Under the pieces are notes generated by a model, which worked only from the letters and a program-made list of their open reading frames with translations, did no database searches and was not told the origin of the DNA. Shown one piece after another: positions 57,197 through 64,000 of a DNA stretch of 64,000 bases. The first letter of the stretch is position 1, and every line of letters begins with the position of its first letter. The stretch lies in the NCBI GenBank assembly GCA_038204425.1, contig JBBRCZ010000009.1:57202-121201 (forward strand), in the 5' to 3' direction. Source of the stretch: Spirochaetia bacterium. GTDB taxonomy: Bacteria > Spirochaetota > Spirochaetia > DSM-27196 > Salinispiraceae. A program made the translations under genes and the position numbers.

Positions 57197-57868
57197 CTTG
57201 CGAGCGGCTTGTTTGTCGACAAAAATGTGGCAGTTGCCGTGCATTTGCAAAATGCTGGCCGGCACTGATGGGTCAACTTGACCACGAAGGCTCGCTTTGA
57301 CTGCCTCCGCTTTTTCTATGCCGAATGCCACGAGTATCACCGTTTCTGCTGCCAGAATATCTCCAATGCCGAGACTAAAACCGGTTCTTTTGTCATCAAG
57401 TCTGGCAAGGTGAGGATTGAGGTCATACGAATCTCCTGCTTGGTTAAAGCCAAGCTGTGACTCCACCTGGAGCTCAAGCACTGCACAGTCCAGCGGGCCT
57501 TTGGCAGCTAAGTAGCTTCTCATTTTAGACAGTTCGGCGCCTATGTCGCTTGTTAAGGCGTCAAAGAACGCGCACTGCTGAGCTTTGAGCTTTAGTCCTT
57601 TGACGACTTGCGATTGCAACATAAACTGTTTGCTGTTTGCGTCATCAGGTGAGCAGCCAAGCCACTCACAAAGCTGCACTAGGTGGCACTTGCTAAAGTC
57701 GACCACTTTGTTTTGAATGCTCTTCGAAAGTTGGCTGTAGATCTCTGCGGTCTTACTTGTACTGTCGAGGCAAAGCAAACTGCCTGGCTTTTGTCCAACG
57801 CTGAGAATCAACAGCTCGGCGACTGCCAGCGAAGCGGCTAAGGGGGTCTCAAAAATAGTAAGCTGCAT
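57191..57868 (-). CDS. Glucosamine-6-phosphate deaminase/6-phosphogluconolactonase-fold protein with degenerate active site
   Basis: C-terminal SLGIGDILAA...ILVAFG..KAEAV...G.V...VPASILQ.H.N...FVD..AA is typical of NagB, but the catalytic motifs are altered. Confidence 0.75.
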   Translation of the reverse strand: MQLTIFETPLAASLAVAELLILSVGQKPGSLLCLDSTSKTAEIYSQLSKSIQNKVVDFSKCHLVQLCEWLGCSPDDANSKQFMLQSQVVKGLKLKAQQCAFFDALTSDIGAELSKMRSYLAAKGPLDCAVLELQVESQLGFNQAGDSYDLNPHLARLDDKRTGFSLGIGDILAAETVILVAFGIEKAEAVKASLRGQVDPSVPASILQMHGNCHIFVDKQAARKL

Positions 57869-57911
57869 CGTCAAAGCCTATCATGCGTCCAAGACAGGGT
57901 CAAGCAAAGGT

Positions 57912-60065
57912 CTAATTGTTCCAATCCTCAATACCATCCCAGCCTTCAGGTAGGCCGTTTTTGGCGTACGTGCTGGTTCTAACTATAAAAAGCTCGGTCG
58001 CGGGATCATTTGGGACGTGGTCTTTTATGCTTCTGAAGATTGCAAGTGCTTGGTGCATTTCTCCTCGGCGATAGAGACTTACCGCTTCCTCCCAGCTTGG
58101 TCTGAGCTGCTTAAGCTGAGCAAATTCAAAATCAGCCAGCCCGTCAAAAATTTGTACCAATGCCATAGGTTCGGTTCGCCCGCGCACACGCACAATATCA
58201 AGGCGTCTCCAGTTATAGTGATTGGGATTTTGTAGTTGTAAGACCAGCGCCTCTGGCATAATTACGCCATTGCCATAGACCTTCGTTAGGCCTTCCATGC
58301 GACTGGCTAGGTTAACCGTGTCTGAAATAACGGTAGTATCCATGCGATCTTCCTCACCAATGGTGCCTAACATTAAGTGGCCACTATGAACACCAATGCC
58401 AATCTTTACTGCCGAGTAGTTAGAGTTTTTGCGATGTTGATTGTAGACAACTACTTTTTCTTGAATTTCAACAGCCGCGGCGACGGCGTGGTCTATAGAT
58501 TTGGGAAACAAGGCCATAAAGCCATCGCCGATGTATTTGTCAATAAAGCCATGGTGTTTGCGAATCACCGGACCGACTCGTTTGAGGTAAGAATTGAGAA
58601 AGTTAAAGTTTTCGGTAGGTGACATTTTTTCCGACATACTGGTGAAGGATCTAATATCAGAAAACAGGATGGCCATTTCTTTTTGTACTTGGTCACCAAG
58701 GCGAACATCGAGAATGCTACTTTTGTTGAGAAAGTCGAGAAACTCACTAGGAACAAATCTACGCAGTGAGGTGTTGGTGTCCCTGAGTTGAATAGAAAGT
58801 GACTCTGCACTTTTAAAACTGGATGAGAATTTGGCGGCCAGTATAAAAGCTTGAAATAGGATAAATATAAAAAAGCCAATCGGCATGATATAGGCAGACT
58901 TTATCATCATATTCGCATAAAGGATGTCGTTTGCAACGGTCAAAAAAAGCACGGAAAAGCCGAGCAAGATTTGTCGTGCCCCTTCTCGCTTGTGAAGAAT
59001 TGCCCTAATAATAATCGACAAAACCCACAATGAACCAATACAAACCAAGACCTGCATCACGCCAATCATAGTGCCAGAATAGCGCGCTGGCAGCATTACA
59101 ACGATGGCTCCAAAGATGCAGGCTGCGATGACGTAGAGGCGAAACATCAGTGGGTGAGTCTCGTCTCTAAATAAGCTGCGCATAAATAGAACAAAAAACA
59201 GACTGCCTATGTTGAGCGGCAGAAACTCAAGCTTGCGTGCCAGTTCCCAATCAAAGCCGGGAATCCACTGAGCCGCGAGGTTGTCACCAGTGACCATGAT
59301 GCGCAAAAATACCACGATACAAAACAGTGCAAACCATAAAGCAGAACTATCTTTTGGTCGCAAGAGGTATAAGCCTAAGTGATAGATAAACATAATAGCC
59401 AGGCAGCCAGTCAAAAATAGGTCAAGTTGAATTGAGAAATGCCGCATTTTGGAGATGGCTGTAGAACTACCAAAAGAATAACTTTGCCAGACACCGGCCT
59501 TAATATAGTGATAGTTAGAGACTTGTAGGACTAGTTCAATTTGATTTGAATCGGCCGAAAAATAAACGACGTCAGGAGCATACCCGGGTTTGCCGTCAGA
59601 TTCGTTTTGTGAAAAAGTGCCGGTAGCGTCTGCAAGTTTGCCATCAATGTATAATCTGGTAGCAGTCAGCACCTCACTCGTCTTTAAACCATAGACAGCA
59701 TTTTTGGTGCTCGTCTCGGGAAGCTTAATGGTCAATCGATAGGTACCGTAACCGTAAGGACTGAGTTGGCCGCTTGAAGACCAAAACTCTGGAAGTGAGG
59801 CAAAAGTTTTGCTTCTGATTTTTACTTGATCAATAAAGTCTTTTGGATAGAGTGCTTGATTCCAATACCACTCAAAGTCTCCTGTCAGCTGAACGATGGT
59901 GTCACCGTCAAATTTGACTTGGCTCAAGTCAAGCACGCCTTCTACTGCATGTAAAGCTGTCGAATTGGTACTCGGCTCTTGTCCGCAACTAAAAATGGAG
60001 CAAAAAAAAAGTAAGCTGATGCCTAAAAGCACGAGCAACGTGGCCTTAATATTTTGATGTTTCAC
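57912..60065 (-). CDS. Class III adenylate/guanylate cyclase with 7TM-DISM-type sensor
   Basis: Extracellular domain (GVLDL...L.G..EWYW; GYGTYRL) and 7 TM helices (IYHLGLYLLR). Cyclase motifs FSDIRSFT, DKYIGDG.MA and DTTVISDTVNLASRME. Confidence 0.92.
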   Translation of the reverse strand: MKHQNIKATLLVLLGISLLFFCSIFSCGQEPSTNSTALHAVEGVLDLSQVKFDGDTIVQLTGDFEWYWNQALYPKDFIDQVKIRSKTFASLPEFWSSSGQLSPYGYGTYRLTIKLPETSTKNAVYGLKTSEVLTATRLYIDGKLADATGTFSQNESDGKPGYAPDVVYFSADSNQIELVLQVSNYHYIKAGVWQSYSFGSSTAISKMRHFSIQLDLFLTGCLAIMFIYHLGLYLLRPKDSSALWFALFCIVVFLRIMVTGDNLAAQWIPGFDWELARKLEFLPLNIGSLFFVLFMRSLFRDETHPLMFRLYVIAACIFGAIVVMLPARYSGTMIGVMQVLVCIGSLWVLSIIIRAILHKREGARQILLGFSVLFLTVANDILYANMMIKSAYIMPIGFFIFILFQAFILAAKFSSSFKSAESLSIQLRDTNTSLRRFVPSEFLDFLNKSSILDVRLGDQVQKEMAILFSDIRSFTSMSEKMSPTENFNFLNSYLKRVGPVIRKHHGFIDKYIGDGFMALFPKSIDHAVAAAVEIQEKVVVYNQHRKNSNYSAVKIGIGVHSGHLMLGTIGEEDRMDTTVISDTVNLASRMEGLTKVYGNGVIMPEALVLQLQNPNHYNWRRLDIVRVRGRTEPMALVQIFDGLADFEFAQLKQLRPSWEEAVSLYRRGEMHQALAIFRSIKDHVPNDPATELFIVRTSTYAKNGLPEGWDGIEDWNN

Positions 60066-60181
60066 GTTGCTTAGTATAGAACATCGCGTGGCATTTTAGT
60101 AAAACTTCCAATATAATTGACTGAGAGGTACAATCAATTGATGCTCGCCCTCAGGAACAAGAGACTCATAGAGGCCACTAT

Positions 60182-62038
60182 ATGAAGGTGGAAGAGAGCG
60201 TTGCAGCAAAAAACCTTTACTCAGGTGTTAATTCCTTGCTTTTGGTTGATGACGACGCAATTATCGCCCTAAATACGTCAGAGATTTTGCAAGAAATGGG
60301 CTACAACGTCATTATTGCAAGCAGCGGCGAAAAAGCTTTTGCGCTCAGCAAAGAAAACGCAGACATTAGTCTGGTTCTAATGGATATAGATCTTGGTCAT
60401 GGAATCGATGGTACCAAGACTGCCGAGTTAATTTTGGCTAACCGCAATCTACCGATAGTTTTTTTAACCAGCCATACCGAACGAGCAATGGTAGAGAGAG
60501 TTCGCCATATCACGCGCTATGGCTATGTGGTCAAAAACTCAGGAACCTTTGTTTTGCAGTCGTCAATTGAAATGGCTTATGAGCTTTTTGAATCACGACA
60601 GCGTGCGTCTGAGAATGATGCAAAAAAATGGTTGATGCAAGCTGAACTTGCACGGAAGCAAGCCTTTTTGTCCGACTTGGCAGAAACGAGTCCGGTTGCA
60701 TTGGTGGCCACTGATCAAGATGGCAGAATCAGCTGGGCCAACGCCCGAGCCGAAAGGCTGCTTGGTCTGACGGCGCGGTCAATTACCGCATTTCATTATG
60801 ACTCCCCTGAGTTGTCGATAACTGATTTTGACGGTCAAGCAATAGACAGTGAAGCATTGCCCTTTGCTTTGGTCAAAAAATATGGAAAAACGTTGATTGA
60901 TTTCCAGCACGCAATCCGCTGGCCCAATGGCCACAAAATTTTTATTTCCATAAACGCTTCACCCTTGCTTGATGGCGCAGGTCGTTTTATGGGCATGGTG
61001 GCATCAATAGACGACATTACCAAGCGCAGAGAATTAGAGCTTACGCTGCAAAAGACGCGGCGACTTTTACTTGCCAGTGGCAGCTTGGCACGTGTTGGTG
61101 GCTGGGAACTTGAGATAAAAACGGGTCAAATAACGTGGACCGAAGAAGTTCACAGAATTCACGATGTGGATCCGGAATTTGTTCCTACGCTTGAGTCTGC
61201 GATCAACTTCTATACCCCGGAATCTCGGACTGCAATTTCAGAGGCTGTAAATATGGCCAGCACTCAAGGAATGCCGTTTGACCTAAAGCTCGAGATTATT
61301 AGTGCCAAGGGCGTAAAGAAGTGGGTTAGGGCATTGGGCAACATTAAAGTGCATGGTGATGGAGCCAATGTCTTGAGTGGTGCCTTTCAGGACATAAGCC
61401 AAGATGTGCAAGCTCAAATGGAACTAAGTCAACTCTTAGCAGAGAAGACTACACTGCTTCGTGAAGTTAATCACCGCGTAAAGAACAACTTGGGTGCAAT
61501 TGAAGGTCTTCTCTTGATGCAAGCTCGCAAATCTCAAGTGCCAGTAGTAGCAAGTGCGCTACAGGATTCAATGCATCGAGTGCAGTGTATGCGTGTCTTA
61601 TACACTAAGCTCTATACCTCGCCTGGCTTTAGACAGGTATCTGCCAAGGACTATCTTGAAGCACTGGTAGATGAAATTATAGAGGTTTTTCCCAGTAGCG
61701 CCCGTGTTCATTGCACGCGAGAAATTGTTGATGTTCTGATCGACGAAAAAAGAATTCTGCCGATTGGCATTATTACCAACGAGCTTATAAGCAATGCCCT
61801 AAAGTATGCCTATTTAGGACGAGATGCCGGAAACTTGTCGGTGCACTGCGTTCAAGCGGATGGCAAATTGCTGCTTACTATCGAAGACGACGGTGTCGGT
61901 ATGCCTGACAAAAAAGATGAAAGCAAGCATAACGGCTTTGGGCTCGACTTGGTAAGACTATTGAGTTCGCAATTAGGCGCCACTATGTCCAGCGAACAGA
62001 AGGCAGGCACCAAAGTTAGTCTGCTTATTCCGCTTTAA
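60182..62038 (+). CDS. REC-PAS-PAS-HisKA_2 histidine kinase
   Basis: N-terminal receiver (LVDDD, LMDIDL), two PAS domains, H-box REVNHRVKNNL, NELISNALKYA, DDGVG and GFGL.LV. Confidence 0.93.
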   Translation: MKVEESVAAKNLYSGVNSLLLVDDDAIIALNTSEILQEMGYNVIIASSGEKAFALSKENADISLVLMDIDLGHGIDGTKTAELILANRNLPIVFLTSHTERAMVERVRHITRYGYVVKNSGTFVLQSSIEMAYELFESRQRASENDAKKWLMQAELARKQAFLSDLAETSPVALVATDQDGRISWANARAERLLGLTARSITAFHYDSPELSITDFDGQAIDSEALPFALVKKYGKTLIDFQHAIRWPNGHKIFISINASPLLDGAGRFMGMVASIDDITKRRELELTLQKTRRLLLASGSLARVGGWELEIKTGQITWTEEVHRIHDVDPEFVPTLESAINFYTPESRTAISEAVNMASTQGMPFDLKLEIISAKGVKKWVRALGNIKVHGDGANVLSGAFQDISQDVQAQMELSQLLAEKTTLLREVNHRVKNNLGAIEGLLLMQARKSQVPVVASALQDSMHRVQCMRVLYTKLYTSPGFRQVSAKDYLEALVDEIIEVFPSSARVHCTREIVDVLIDEKRILPIGIITNELISNALKYAYLGRDAGNLSVHCVQADGKLLLTIEDDGVGMPDKKDESKHNGFGLDLVRLLSSQLGATMSSEQKAGTKVSLLIPL

Positions 62039-62846
62039 TTGGCTCTTGGTCTTTTTCGTTTAGTGTTTGATAGGCAAGCGAAAGGCTAAAATGGACAAGA
62101 ATAAAGCCCGCAAAACCGTTGGCGAGAGAAGTCAACAGCATCGATATCGCAGCTACGTCCGAAAAAAGCCCTGCAATCCATGAAACGCCCAAGCTGGCCA
62201 CTAGGATCATGATATTGGCGCGGACTATCGGCAAAAAAAGCGGTTTGCCGGTCGACCAGGATAGCTTCAATGCCTTAAATAGCGAAAGTCTTTTTAGAAC
62301 CATATAAGGAAAGGTTAGCGCCAAACGGGCCATCAAAAAGATCACAGCTGTCAACCAAAAAACGTTGATAATCATCACTATTGTCGCTTGATTTATGACC
62401 AGACTACCAATTGCAAAAAGACCAGCTGATGCTACAAGAATAGCCAACAAGAAAGCCAACGAGAAGACAGAGTAGGGTAGAAATAGTCTAGCCAACGAGG
62501 CCGGCCAACTCGAAAAACTAGGTAGCTTTTCTTCAAGAGAGAGCTGAGCCGATCCCCAACTAATGCAGTTGGCAATAAATGACAATGCCAACATGGTTAT
62601 GCCGATCGGCAAAATATACGGTGAGATCTCAAGCAAAAGACTTCCAAGCCATTCGTTGCTATCACCTAAAGCTGTTGTATCTGCCGGCGATCCACCGCCA
62701 AGCATACTGCGAAGCAGCGGCATTTTGGAAATATCAAGTGTACGAATTAAGATTTCGGGCACAAGGGAGGCAAAAAAAAGTGGCAAAACTACAAGGTAGT
62801 TTTTAAAAGTATAACGTATGCTCGCACTTAGTTGGTTCATTTTCAA
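62025..62846 (-). CDS. Hypothetical multi-pass membrane protein
   Basis: About 6 hydrophobic segments and an AL..SW...K motif typical of generic membrane families. GGAG RBS. Confidence 0.7.
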   Translation of the reverse strand: MKMNQLSASIRYTFKNYLVVLPLFFASLVPEILIRTLDISKMPLLRSMLGGGSPADTTALGDSNEWLGSLLLEISPYILPIGITMLALSFIANCISWGSAQLSLEEKLPSFSSWPASLARLFLPYSVFSLAFLLAILVASAGLFAIGSLVINQATIVMIINVFWLTAVIFLMARLALTFPYMVLKRLSLFKALKLSWSTGKPLFLPIVRANIMILVASLGVSWIAGLFSDVAAISMLLTSLANGFAGFILVHFSLSLAYQTLNEKDQEPIKAE

Positions 62847-62975
62847 TCGTACTCCGTTACATAGAGTGACTCAAAAGAGTGATGATTTCAAGTCACTGGC
62901 TGTTGCGAGGCGCGTCCACAAAAGGGAGTCAAAGACACTTGACAGTTAAAGCAGCTTAAGCCCAGTATAAACCTT

Positions 62976-63578
62976 ATGAATCTGCCAAATATGTTGACCA
63001 TAAGTCGAATTTTTCTTGCGCCATTCTTTTATGTCTTGTTGATGATGCCAGAATGGTTTTTACTTCCGTTTTTGCCATGGTACGTCGCGGCTTGGGTTCT
63101 TTTCACCTATATCGAACTGTCGGATATCCTTGATGGCGTCTTGGCCCGGTCGCAGGGCTTGGTAACCGAGCTCGGCAAGCTCTTGGATCCATTTTCTGAC
63201 GTGGTTAGCCGCCTGACTTATTTTGTTGTTTTTGTAAGTTTGGGGGTGCTACCAGCCTGGATCTTCTTGCTTTTGCTCTACAGAGAACTTGGCATAACCT
63301 TTATGCGTAGCGTCCTATCGGGCAGAGGATTGGTTTTGGCTGCCCGAGGTGGTGGCAAAATCAAGGCAGTTTTGTACGCAATAGCTGGCGGCATTGGCCT
63401 ACTACAATGGGGTTTTGTCAAATTTGAGCTACTTGAGTTCAGCGCGGCTTTTCAATGGGTAGTCCTGGGCATTTTTTTGCTTGCCTTACTTGCTTCGTAT
63501 GTATCGCTTGTCGACTATCTCAAAGTCAGTTTTGCATTTCTTAAGCAAAAGAAAAATATCGCCAAGCTAAGCGAGTAA
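62976..63578 (+). CDS. pgsA: CDP-diacylglycerol--glycerol-3-phosphate 3-phosphatidyltransferase
   Basis: MNLPN.LT.SRI, the CDP-alcohol phosphotransferase motif D.LDG.LAR....VT.LGK.LDP.SD, RE..IT..R and GK.KA. Confidence 0.9.
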   Translation: MNLPNMLTISRIFLAPFFYVLLMMPEWFLLPFLPWYVAAWVLFTYIELSDILDGVLARSQGLVTELGKLLDPFSDVVSRLTYFVVFVSLGVLPAWIFLLLLYRELGITFMRSVLSGRGLVLAARGGGKIKAVLYAIAGGIGLLQWGFVKFELLEFSAAFQWVVLGIFLLALLASYVSLVDYLKVSFAFLKQKKNIAKLSE

Positions 63579-63635
63579 ATGCTTGTGGCAAAAGTGCCGC
63601 CGACTGCTGGTCAGCTGCGCATAACCCATTAGACC

Positions 63636-63694
63636 AAAAATAGCAAAATATTTGCAAAAAATGTGTTGACAGGTTTGGAGCTTTTGTTTAGATT
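63636..63694 (+). promoter_or_regulatory. Strong sigma70 promoter with A-tract UP element (rRNA-operon type)
   Basis: A-tracts, then TTGACA (63666-63671), a 17-nt spacer and TAGATT (63689-63694). No ORF downstream. Confidence 0.75.
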
Positions 63695-63860
63695 ACGACT
63701 CCACCAGCGCATGCAGCGCACCGCGAAAGCGAAGGCCGTTGCAAAGTGCAGGAGTCAAGCCAAAAAGGACTTTAGTCCTCATGGAAAACCCTGAACTAAG
63801 AACAATCTGGTACTCATGGCAGATATCGCCTAAAAAGCGATTGGGGTAATCTATCGGCCA

Positions 63861-63872
63861 TGATCTTTAACA
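63861..63872 (+). promoter_or_regulatory. boxA antitermination element of an rRNA operon leader
   Basis: TGATCTTTAACA is one mismatch from the TGCTCTTTAACA boxA consensus. It is preceded by hairpins in an ORF-free leader; the 16S gene is expected beyond the window edge. Confidence 0.7.
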
Positions 63873-64000
63873 GTTAATAGAGAAGGGGAAGGAAGCAAGC
63901 ATTAGAACTTGGAAGAGTTTTGGTGCGGGTACCTTAAGTAGGCTACTAAGTTTAGGCTTGGTAGCAAACGTCAATGTTTGATTGATTAGCTTAGGTGATA

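Noticed and set aside
1..64000. CRISPR array, tRNA, transposase/integrase or prophage
   Set aside because: I saw no repeat-spacer periodicity, cloverleaf-like sequence, or recombinase/phage genes by eye. A formal scan was not possible.

Overview
This is a gene-dense bacterial chromosome segment, most likely from a spirochaete. That assignment is an inference from the many lipoprotein-type signal peptides, a giant 'SC..GLG..VD..PP' Ig-repeat lipoprotein and the gene repertoire. From left to right it contains: (1) a decayed patch with ZIP-transporter and UvrA-like pseudogene remnants around a lipase, a TetR gene and ppk2; (2) a non-canonical Pel exopolysaccharide locus (pelD-pelE-pelF-pelG, a divergent CBM-TPR-beta-barrel PelB-like gene and a convergent LamG lipoprotein, with no pelA/pelC in view); (3) HDOD, serC, a lipase, a small unannotated ORF and pgi; (4) a partner-switching-type signalling operon (REC-PP2C, STAS, hybrid kinase with a Cys-rich PAS) and AraC; (5) a ROK-led glycan/sugar catabolism operon (SBP, clan-A GH, PfkB, SIS, GH38); (6) XpaC with a Cys-nucleophile hydrolase; (7) an Mla/Mce transporter with a degenerate ATPase, followed by TPR and NYN genes; (8) a COG0523 GTPase behind a Fur/Zur-like palindrome; (9) a 3572-aa surface lipoprotein; (10) an SPFH pair, a degenerate NagB-like protein, a 7TM-DISM adenylate cyclase, a HisKA_2 kinase and pgsA; (11) an rRNA-operon-type promoter/leader with boxA at the right edge. 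I found no CRISPR array, tRNA or intact mobile element. All calls come from reading motifs by eye; no database searches were run.
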